Shown here: positions 53,610 to 64,000 of the stretch, piece by piece
Numbering within the stretch: the stretch's first letter is position 1
How the letters are laid out: every line of letters starts with the position of its first letter
Assembly (NCBI GenBank): GCA_964016885.1
Contig: OZ024741.1
Location: forward strand, 103,168,001-103,232,000
DNA length: 64,000 nucleotides
Reading direction: 5' to 3'
Origin: Eledone cirrhosa
Taxonomy: Eukaryota
The notes under the pieces: generated by a model
Databases searched by the model: none
The model's input: only the letters and a program-made list of their open reading frames with translations
Told to the model about the DNA's origin: nothing
Position numbers and translations under genes: made by a program

Positions 53610-54460
53610 GTAGGGGAGACCATCCAAATTTGGATGCAATAGTATCTGCATACCTGGTCCTGACTGTCGCGTTAACCAACACTCCCCACTCCATCTTGTA
53701 GGTCGACCTGGACCTGGCAGTTTTATTGGCTTTTTTGACTTTAGGTAGTCTCAAGTTGCAGATAACTAGATGGTGATCAGTTGACTCAGCCCTTCTCATA
53801 AAACGAACATTTAGCACAGAATCGAAGAGATCAGAGACAATAACAAAATCAATTATTGATCTCTTTGCTAGATTCCGCTCATACTATGTATATTTATGGA
53901 TGCTTTTGTGTTGGAAGAAGGTGTTTATAATAGAGAGTCAATTGCTAGAACAGAAGTCTATTAAGGCCTCTCCATCCATATTTAGATCGCGGTCGCCATT
54001 CCTTCCAATCATTCCTTTCTATGTCAGGTTTCCAGGGCTAACATGTGCATTGAAGTTTCCTATTAGGATATATGACTCAGTCTTAACTACATCTTACGCT
54101 ACAGTGACTTCAAGAAATGATCTGTATTGTTTGGTGCATAAACTGGCACCACCCTAAACTTCAAGAGGTAAATCTTCCCTCCTAATAGTAACCAGTCAAT
54201 AACACATTCTGACAGCCGGGATCTTGTGAGTATCCCCACTCCCGCTTGTGGAGTCATTTCTGACGCTACACATCAATAGTGGAGTTTCCATCCTCCATCC
54301 AAATCTACAGTACGAGGGCCACGGAACTTTTTTGAGGAAACCTCGACTATATCTAACCGGTAGAATCTAGCATTCTCCACTAGTTCCTGCTCTTTACCTG
54401 TAAGGGGTGTGATAGACAGGTCTCAGGTCCATCGCGAGATTTTACGGCATGAAATGGAGA
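53610..54460 (-). mobile_element. Degenerate RTE-clade APE (5') fragment
   Basis: GNFNAHV, IIDFVIVS and STDHHLVICNLRL motifs on the minus strand. Confidence 0.75.
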
Positions 54461-54557
54461 TTTCAATATATTTTTCAAACAGGCCCCTCAAGCTAAGGCA
54501 CTTGTTGACCTGCGAAGGACGATACAATTTGGATCTTTTTCTTACCTCTCGCCATAT

Positions 54558-54743
54558 TGCAATCTTGGTGGTCTTATTCGCACCAGTCACCGATCTGGTA
54601 CTTTCTCAAACCAGCGAAAATAGGCTTTTTTAGAGGCGCCCTTTACTCGCCTCCTCATAGCTACATCACTGCGTTCTGAGAGTTTTCTTGATAATATGAG
54701 GGCCTGAAACCATACATAAAACCATCTCTCTTCTTTATTATAT
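54558..54743. repeat. About 185-bp dispersed repeat, second copy at 58153-58337
   Basis: Near-identical ttgcaatcttggtgg...tattcgcaccagtcaccgatctggtactttctcaaaccagcgaaaa...tctcttctttattatata. Confidence 0.85.
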
Positions 54744-54759
54744 ATCTATGTGTGTGTGC

Positions 54760-54809
<50 letters not shown>

Positions 54810-55237
54810 ACAGTTCTGTACCAATATATGTATATATATATATATCGGACATGAAGTTTCCAGATATTTAGGTATGACTATCTTTATTTATTTTTTTATA
54901 TGAAATATTGATTGCTTCTTCCTGTATCTCATGTCTGTTATTTTGCCTGAGAAAATATTTCTATGTATACATAAATAATACGTACATATATTTATTTTTT
55001 TAATATCCAGTTGAGTTCTTAACACGTGGTTTTGGATTCCTAACAGAGTTCAATGACCTGCGTATATATTATTTTATATTTTACGATACCCCCCCCCCCC
55101 TTCCCATTTGCGGACAGTGTGAGATTTTTTTTAAAGGACTGCTGGACTTTCAAACTTAGCGGTTCTTCTGGTACTGACGGTGACTATCGTTAAATATTAA
55201 TATCGATGTAGTTTTTTTATATTGATATTGCCTTGGC

Positions 55238-55362
55238 ATTCCACTGAAGAGTTATAAGAGCCCACTTGCACGGAAATCTGTTGATCATATGCAAGCTTCT
55301 ACATAACTTGGACATTATTCTCCCACCTTGTAGAAATCTTATAATGAAACGATCGTATGGAT
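55238..55362 (+). ncRNA. Type I hammerhead ribozyme motif with palindromic stem III and expanded stem II
   Basis: Stem I tcca/tgga, CTGAAGA at 55244-55250, stem II GTTATAAGA/TCTTATAAT, GAAA at 55346-55349, palindrome ACGATCGT, triplet GTA. Confidence 0.78.
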
Positions 55363-55724
55363 AATGAGATTTATTTAATTATGTCTCATATAAAATAATA
55401 CAGCCGACTATCCACATAATTGTTTCTACATTTGGCACAAGGCCAGCAATTATCCCAGTGTATTACTGGTGCTTTATTTTATCGTCCCCGTAAGGATAAA
55501 AGGCAAAGTTAACCTCGGCGGGATTTGAACTCAGACCATGAAGGGACGTAATTCTTTGCTGCAAAGCATGGCGTCCGACCCTCTACCAATACTGCCAATT
55601 CCACAACATAGTTAGCACCCCAAACGTATAATTGTGAATATACTTAGGTATTTCCTAATGTTTGTTGAGTGAGATGGAAGTTGGTCGGAGTATCGCTAAT
55701 AGCTTTCTCTGTTAATGTATTAAG

Positions 55725-55763
<39 letters not shown>

Positions 55764-55764
55764 A

Positions 55765-55955
55765 TAACAAAGAGGGTATGGTAAGATACCAGGTGGACCA
55801 TAACGCACCAGAGTGCTCAAAATACTTAGGGTAGTAGAGTGGGTAATAGGAAAATAGCCAGGATCCCAACGGCTGAGCTCCGGCCGTTTCAACAGCTAGA
55901 TCGGATCTAGCTGTCGAAAGGGCCGGAGCTCAGCCGTTGGGATCCTGACTATATA
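55765..55955. mobile_element. Fold-back element of the same family as 1-152
   Basis: Inverted repeat centred near 55903 (agctagatc-g-gatctagct); the left arm extends further than the right. Confidence 0.7.
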
Positions 55956-56063
55956 TTTTCAACAGTAATACTATACTATATATTTTCAACAGTAATACTA
56001 TACGATATATTTTCAACAGTATTACTATACTATACTATATATTTTCAACATACACCACACACA

Positions 56064-56130
<67 letters not shown>

Positions 56131-56154
56131 GTGCATGTGTGTGCGTGTGAGAGA

Positions 56155-56249
<95 letters not shown>

Positions 56250-56253
<4 letters not shown>

Positions 56254-57140
56254 GAAAATAGATAGTATAGTATAGTAATACTGTTGAAAATATATAGTAT
56301 AGTATTAATGTTGAAAATATATAGTACAATATTAATGTTGCAAATATATAGTTCAGTTCAGTATTACTGTTGAAAATATATAGTATAGTATTACTGTTTA
56401 AAATGTATAGTATAGTATTACTATTGAAAATATATAGTATAATATTACTGTTGAAAACATATAGTATAGTACTACTGTTGAAAATATATAGTATAGTACA
56501 GTATTACTGTTGAAAATATATAGTATAGTATTACTGTTGAAAATATATAGTATAGTACTACTGTTGAAAATATATAGTATAATATTACTGTTGAAAATAT
56601 ATAGTATAGTACTACTGTTGAAAATATATAGTACAGTATTACTGTTGAAAATATATAGTACGGTATTACTGTAGAAAATATATAGTATAGTATTACTGTT
56701 TAAAATGTATAGTATAGTATAGTACTACTGTTGAAAATATATACTACAGTATTACTGTTGAAAATATAAAGTATAGTACAGTATTACTGTTGAAAATATA
56801 TAGTATATTACTCTTGAAAACATATAGTATAGTATAGTATTACTGTTGAAAATATATAGTATAGTACAGTATTACTGTTGAAAATATATAGTATAGTATT
56901 ACAGTTGAAAATATATAGTATAGTATTACTGTTGAAAATATATAGTATAGTATCACTGTTGAAAATATATAGTATAGTATTACTGTTGAAAATATATAGT
57001 ATAGTATTAATGTTGAAAATATGTAGTACATTATTACTGTTGAAAATATATAGTGTAGTACAGTATTACTGTTGAAAATATATAGTACAGTGCAGTATTA
57101 CTGTTGAAAATGTATAGTATAGTAACACTGTTGAAAATAA
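56250..57140 (+). repeat. About 27-bp AT-rich minisatellite (TATTACTGTTGAAAATATATAGTATAG) with variable TATAG pentamers
   Basis: Roughly 30 tandem units. A second array lies at 58510-58958 and inverted units at 55950-56050. Confidence 0.95.
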
Positions 57141-57834
57141 GTACACGAATATATAATTATATATATATACTTAATTAAAAGTTGGTTTAAAGCCAAGTCA
57201 ATGCAGACAGGCAGACATACAGACAGATATTATAAGGGCACGACGTTATAGCTATTTATCTATCTAAAAAGACAGAGTAAGAAAGAGAGAGGAATGTCGT
57301 ATTATATATATTATATATAATAAGCACATGGTTTAGTGGTTAAAGCATTGGCCTTGCAATCGAAAGTTTGTATGTTCAATTCTCAGACTGGGTGATGTGT
57401 TGTTTCCTTGAGCAAGACTCTTTATTTCATATTGCTCCAGTTTACTCAGTTGTAGAAATGAGATGATAGGGACTGGGGTCCTTATCATTCCACTGCAAAG
57501 TGGTCGTGGAGGTGCCACAGCAAAAAAGCACCCAGCACTCACTGTAAATGAGGTTGGTGTTATGTAGGGCATCCAGCTGTAGAAATCAAGCCAGAATCAG
57601 TTCCTGTCCCACCCTTGCAAGCAGGGAAAAAGCGGACGTAAAAAAAAACGAAATGAAAATGAAATAAAGTACAAGTAATGTACTGGGATAATTGCTGGCC
57701 TTGTGCTAAAAGTAGAAACAATTATACTTCCTTTTTATACAACTGTAAATAACATGTTTATGTATATATACGTATAAAGGAATGGTGTAATAAAATGTAC
57801 AAATTAAACTGTCGCTTATTTATGATACTAACAC

Positions 57835-57905
<71 letters not shown>

Positions 57906-58391
57906 CGAAGTCAATGTACAGAATGGTTTTCGTAATGCAGACAGCCAGACATACAGACAGATATTATAAGGGCGCGACGTTATAACTATGTATCTATCTA
58001 AAATGACAGACTAAGAAAGAGAGAGAACGCTAACCGGAAGTGTTGTCATTTGAAAATTTTAAAGAAGTAAATATTTAAATAAACAATAAAATATCTTTAA
58101 TCTTTTAACTAAATTTAGTAGACAAAAATACCCTCAATTACCTCTCACCAGATTGCAATCTTGGTGGACATATTCGCACCAGTCACCGATCTGGTACTTT
58201 CTCAAACCAGCGAAAACTAGGCTTTTTTTAGAGGCGACCTTTACTCGCCTCCTCATAGCTACATCACTGCGTTCTGAGAGTTTTGTTGATAATATGAGAG
58301 CATGAATACATAAAACCGTCTCTCTTCTTTATTATATACTAGCTGGTCCGTCCGGCTGGCATCCGGCTACCATTGGCGTGTTCTACGGCAT

Positions 58392-58459
<68 letters not shown>

Positions 58460-58509
58460 CTGACGTACCTAGCTTCGCTTGGATAAACAGACGATAAGCC
58501 GTCTGTGTA

Positions 58510-58958
58510 GTATAGCATTACTGTTGAAAATATAGAGTATAGTATAGTATTACTGTTGAAAATATATAGTATAGTATTACTGTTGAAAATATATAGTATA
58601 GTATTACTGTTGAAAATATATAATATAGTATTACTGTTGTTGAAAATATATAGTATAGTATAGTATTACTGTTGAAAATATATAGTATAGTATTACTGTT
58701 GAAAATATATAGTATAGTATTACTGTTGAAAATATATAATATAGTATTACTGTTGTTGAAAATATATAGTATAGTATAGTATTACTGTTGAAAATATATA
58801 GTATAGTATTACTGTTGAAAATACATAGTACAGTATTACTGTTGAAAATATATAATACAATACAGTATTACTGTTGAAAATAAATAGTACGGTATTACTG
58901 TTGAAAATATATAGTATAATATTACTGTTGAAAACATATAGTATAGTATTACTGTTGA
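58510..58958 (+). repeat. Second array of the 27-bp minisatellite
   Basis: Same unit as 56250-57140. Confidence 0.95.
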
Positions 58959-59016
58959 TTACCGATCTAGCTGTCGAAACGGCCGGAGCTCTGCCGTCGA
59001 GGTCCTGACTATTTTA

Positions 59017-59086
<70 letters not shown>

Positions 59087-62000
59087 CTGCTGAGGTACCA
59101 CCGATGGAGACGGAAGAAGGGTGGGAAACGGAGGCAGGTGCAGGCTGGAACAGGACCTCAGTCTTGCCAAGGATAATTGTGAGACCGAAGAAGCAGGAGG
59201 CCTCCGCGAAATTGTTGAGGATAGTTGGAGGTCAGACTCCCTGTGGGCCATGAGGGCACAGTCGTCAGCAAAGAGTGCCTCCAGGACGATCCTCTGCACG
59301 GTCCTTGTCTTGGAGGACTATCCTCTGCACGGTCCTTGTCCCAGGTCAAATAGGGAGCCGTCCAGTCTGAGGTCCCTGACGGCATGATTGAGATGCAGGT
59401 GAAGAACAGGTTGAAGAAGACGGGAGCCAGCACGCATCCTTGCTTGACGCCGTTGGTGATTCCGAACGGCTCCGATGCTTCTCCGCCCGAGCGCACCTGT
59501 CCGGTCATGTCGTCATTGAATTGCCGTATCAGGTTTACAAACTTTGTCGGGCATCCAAACTTCGACCAGAGCGCTTCCCTGTTGACAGTGTCGAATGCCT
59601 TCGTCAAGTCTATGAAGACGGCAAAGAGGTCCATGTTCTGCTCGACACACTTCTGCACCTGGCGTGCAAAGAAGATCATGTCGATCGTGCTGCGGTTTGG
59701 GCGGAACCGACACTGGGCTTCAGGCAGGTTGTCCTTCGAGATGCTGGCAATGAGGCGGCTGAGCATGACCCGAGCCAGGACCTTCCCAGCGATGGACAGG
59801 AGAGAAATGCCCCGATAGTTGCCACAGTCAATTTTGCTGCCTTTGTTCTTAAAAAGCGAGACAGCTGTGGCATCCCTGAAGTTCTTGGGCACCTCTTCTT
59901 CCTCCCATATGCTGACGAGGAGGGTGTGGAAAGTCCCCAGGGCAGCTGGACCGGCCGACTTGAAGATCTCGGCAGGAATCCCGTCCTTCCCAGGGGCCTT
60001 TCCTGAGCTGGTCTGGTTGATTGCCTTCGTGACTTCATCCCGACTACGGGCTTTTGTGGGACCTGGTCGAGGGCAGCAGGGTCGACAGTGGAAGGCCTGT
60101 TGAGCAGGTTGCTGAAGTGCTCTCTCCACCTCCAGTTGATGCTGCTCTTCCCCTTCAGCAGGATCGAGCCGTCAGAAGACAGCAGCGGTGTGGTGACAGG
60201 ATTTGGGGATCCGTAGACGTCCCCGATGGCGCTGAAGAACATCTTGGAGTTCTTTGTGTCAGCGTATCTCTCGACTTCTTCGGCCTTCTCTTCCCACCAC
60301 TTGTCCTGCGTTCTGCGTAGCGCTGCTTGGGTCTGCCTCTGGAGGCACTTGAAGCGGTTGCACTTCGAGGTGGAGGAGCTGTCATTCTGCCACTCAATGA
60401 AAGCTCTCCTCTTCTCGTCCAGGAGTTCTCTGATGCGCTCATCGTTTTCATCAAACCAGTTCTGGTGGACTCTCTTCTTCGGCCCGATGGTTGCCTTGGC
60501 TGACTCTGTCACCAGCGACCTGAACTGGTCCCACTGTTGAGTTGGGGATCCGGTCAGTGGTCCATGGGCAGTCAGCCGGCCGTCCAGGTCTTCCGCGAAA
60601 GCATCACGATGCTCTGGCTGCTTGAGTCGTGCGACGTCGAAATCTGGCCTACAGAGTAGGCGTGATGTGCAGTGACAGGATGATCCTGACAAAGCGATGG
60701 TCGGTCCAACACTCTGCACCACGCATGCCCTGGTGATTCTGACGTCACGGATGTCCCTCCGGCGGCATATTTCAAAGTCAATCAGATGCCACTGTTTGGG
60801 TCTGGGGTGCATCCATGTCGTCTTGAACTTGTCTGCCTGGCGGAACAGTGTGCTGGAGATGGTGAGGTCGTTCTCAGCGCAGAAACCCAACAGTATGAGG
60901 CCGTTAGAGTTCAGCTTCCCTGTGTCGTGAGGTCCCAGCACGCCTCTCCAGTTCCTGCTGTCAGACCCGACTCTTGCGTTAAAGTCCCCCACTAGGATGA
61001 GTTTGTCGCTTGGGAGGATGCCCTTCACGAGTGCGTTGAGTTCCCCGTAGAAAGCGTCCTTTGCTTCATAGCTGCTGGTGAGAGTGGTACGCGCTGATGA
61101 CTGTGACATGCCGAGATAGGTTGAGGGGGAAGCGAAGCTTCATCAGCCGCTCACTCACACGTGTTGGGAGGTCTGGTAGCTGCTTGCAGAGTGAAGTCCT
61201 GATGGCCAGGCCTACCCCGTTATTTTGTCCTCGTCCTTTGCATTGCCCTTCCAGAAGAAAGTGTAGCCTCCTTTCGGTTCTGATACTGATCCTTCTTCGG
61301 CAAGTCTAGTCTCGCTGAGGGCGGCTATGTCGATATGGTAGCGAGCTAATTCCCTTGCTATGAGGGCAGTTCTTCTCTCTGGCCTCAAGGAGGTTTCCCT
61401 ATCCATGAGGATGCGCACATTCCATGCGCCAAGAATCAAGTTCTTCTTTCTATTATGTTGGTTTCGACCGCTTGCACGGGTAAAACCGCCAGCCACGGTA
61501 GACTTGCCGGCTTTATGTGGGACGAGCATTTGGTTAGAGCTCCTTTTATCGCCCCTCTCCTCGTGCGAGGGTGAGAAGTGCTCCCCTGAAAAGGGCTGCT
61601 CAGTCGCCTGGTGTAATGCCTGATCTCCTCTGTCATCCTCGGTCAGAAGGAGAACGACTTGCGCATCCAGGCCGTCCATGTGTGGGTTTGAGACTGGTAA
61701 CTCCCAGGGGTTACCTCCACCTGTTACCTCCGCCTCTCGCCCATCGCCGCAGGGCTTTGGGACTGCACGCTAAAGAAGAAACTTGTGCGGGAAAGGTTTA
61801 TAGTGGGAGGGCCAGTGCACAGTGACGGTCCCACTCACTCTGCCGTAGAAGCCAGAATCCGGTGGTACGGAGGACCCTCACGACCAGGGGCTTCCTTGGC
61901 TGCAGTGGATGGCCACGACGTCTGTATTGTCTTGCCGTGCCATAGCGCTCCACTCCGTTTGCTGTCGCCGCCTTCGTGACTGTTGGGACGATGTTGTCCT

Positions 62001-62280
62001 CCTCCACTCACTCCGCCGGGTCCAGTCTTCGCATGCAGGGGCAGGCATCCCCTATCTAACTCACCGGGGTGTTTCAGACTCGTCCGGCTACCCTCAACCT
62101 GGTTCGGCTCGCCAGCCAAGGCGGTTTACCAGGGTGTGGCCGCTGTCGCATGCTACAGTTTCTTGGGGCCACATGTGAGAGCTGAGTGTCAGGTGGGACC
62201 CAATGCAGGACGAGCTATCCTGAAAAGGGCATGGCTAGCCTCTCTACAGAGGTACATGCCCCTCCCTGACACCCCAGGCA
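59087..62280 (-). mobile_element. GC-rich RTE-clade (BovB/AviRTE-like) LINE with 5' UTR, APE and RT; 3' end missing; frameshifted
   Basis: LGAWNVR, RPERRTALIARELARYHIDIAALSETRLAEEG, GDFNARVG, TTWMHPRPKQWHLID, CGNYRGISLLSIAGKVLARV, FIDLTKAFDTVNRE, GVKQGCVLAP, LFADDCAL. Confidence 0.93.
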
Positions 62281-62531
62281 TATACACACGTATATACATA
62301 CACATACATATGTACATGTGTATATACGTATTTACACATTTTTTGGAAGGCCGTTGACCTCTATCAGTTCTTCCGCCCTTTGTCAGGTTTTGTTTTTTGT
62401 CCTGCAGGGTGTCCAAAATCACCCTCCTCACCAAGTAAATTTAGTGGGGTTGCCAGTTTAGTTGCCGACGACCCGATCATGCGACAGGTTGTACTGGTTT
62501 ACATGTTACCAGTAGCACTCAAGAGTGACCT

Positions 62532-62580
62532 GACACATCCGATGAATCCAGACATTCGTCGGGAAGAAACAATTGTCAGC
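62532..62580 (+). ncRNA. Degenerate hammerhead motif
   Basis: CCGATGA, stem II TCC-GAC-attc-GTC-GGA, GAAA, palindrome ACAATTGT, triplet GTC; stem I not recoverable. Confidence 0.5.
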
Positions 62581-62756
62581 AATTAAACTAAGAAATGATT
62601 GCTTTATATTTTGTATCTCGGCTCTGTAATACATTTGATACGTTACATTGAGCCTTTTCTCATACCGGTAATTGGTTAGTGCTTAGTATTACCCTCCATA
62701 TTTATAATTATATATAAACCATATATAAGTATAAATATTATTATTATTATAATTAT

Positions 62757-62826
<70 letters not shown>

Positions 62827-63321
62827 GGGCCCAAAACAAAACGAAACGCAATATGCGGCAAGCGCTCAATGGACTAAAAGAAGACCAGAGCAATTAACAT
62901 ACGTTATAAAGGCCAGATAAAATGAAAACAGTGGTCGTGAAGCCATCAGCCACCAGAGCCCAAAAAAACGAAGCAAGCTAAACTGGTTAACAAAAGAATA
63001 TATATATATATATATATATCACTTTAAAAAGCTTCAAGCACTGGTATCGCTTGATATCTGACTTTTTTTGCGATGCATGGTATTGCTGGCATTGGCAAGT
63101 CCCTAGCTAGACTAAAAAACCACATCCGCGATACTGATGCTTAAGTATCAACCAATGGTATTACATCCAAAATTATGTCCCTTCAGTCAGTGTGTGTGTG
63201 TGTGGGGGGGGGGGGGGTTGTGAGGTCAAGTGAGGTATCAGCTGTTTTGCAATGTACAGCTATAAATAGCGCCCGCATAATTGCAACCCGCATAATTGCA
63301 ACCCACCCTGCTGTCAGTGTT

Positions 63322-63357
<36 letters not shown>

Positions 63358-64000
63358 TTATTTATATGCCATTATGCCGTTGTTGTTGATATTGCCATCT
63401 CTATACAATGATGCCCCCACTGTCTCATTCCTTCTATCAAAGACATCTTTAACTAAACGACTCCTTAATTTGATATCTACACTTAACATTTCTTAAATAC
63501 ACGTTCATCACACATTCACACGCCCCATCCCTGATTATAACACTCATAGTAATGTGTCCAGTCATCATAATTGGTTGTATTAGTAGAGCGTATGACGCTA
63601 TGCTTTGCAGCATAGAGTTACGGCTTTTTACAGTTTGAGTTCAAATCCCGCCGAGGTTAACTTTGTGTTTCATCCATACGGGGTCGTACCAGTAATGCAC
63701 TTGGATAATTTCTGGCGTTGTGCCAAAAGTAGAAACAATTATTTTGTTCCTTTACTGGTTTCAATAAAAACATAGCTTTTATTGACTACGACCATGCTGA
63801 AGCACATCCTTAAATGTATTTCGTTGATTAATTCGACCTCGATACTTATCGTTTTCAAGTCTGCTACTCAATATTTGTGCTTGGATACTTAACGATCTTA
63901 ACTAGCCCAACAATGTGCATCCCTTCACCCAGTTATCCACCCCATTCTTTAAAATCTTAACTTATAGTTTGGTAAGCTGACGAACATAGTTTTTGACACT

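Noticed and set aside
53161-53817. 218-aa ORF as a novel fusion protein
   Set aside because: It is a chance in-frame join of an RTE APE remnant and a Tx1-like RT remnant, both degenerate.
56250-57140. Regular repeats with GTTGAAA resembling a CRISPR array
   Set aside because: Units are head-to-tail with no unique spacers, there are no cas genes, and the context is eukaryotic; this is a minisatellite.
59384-60540. Overlapping + strand ORFs over the RTE element
   Set aside because: Antisense shadows of a GC-rich coding sequence.
62838-62865. GAAACGCA-ata-TGCGGC as another half hammerhead
   Set aside because: The triplet is GGC rather than NTH, and no CTGANGA or inverted arm was found.

Overview
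AT-rich, repeat-dense animal DNA, not prokaryotic. The very long (TA)n/(CA)n tracts and the SINE, RTE and Penelope families suggest an octopus or other coleoid cephalopod; this is an inference from repeat content. One host gene can be rebuilt completely: YIPF6 (+ strand, 7 GT-AG coding exons, 14237-37989, 669 nt, 222 aa). The rest is mostly mobile DNA: a near-intact CR1-group LINE in YIPF6 intron 5, R4/Dong-like, RTE and Tx1-like LINE fragments, a GC-rich RTE element, a Chapaev3-like DNA transposon, piggyBac-like MITEs, two tRNA-derived SINE families, Penelope-like element (PLE) remnants, and mini- and microsatellites. Most entries in the ORF track are translations of microsatellites. Two signals stand out. 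First, about ten hammerhead-ribozyme-like motifs from several families with little shared sequence; most lie in asymmetric fold-back elements next to (TA)n, and one lies in a 572-bp spacer-less palindrome. Second, a G_GGA_AAC slippery heptamer at the ORF1 stop of the CR1-like LINE, whose ORF2 is open in the -1 frame and has no usable AUG. All alignments and folds were done by eye.
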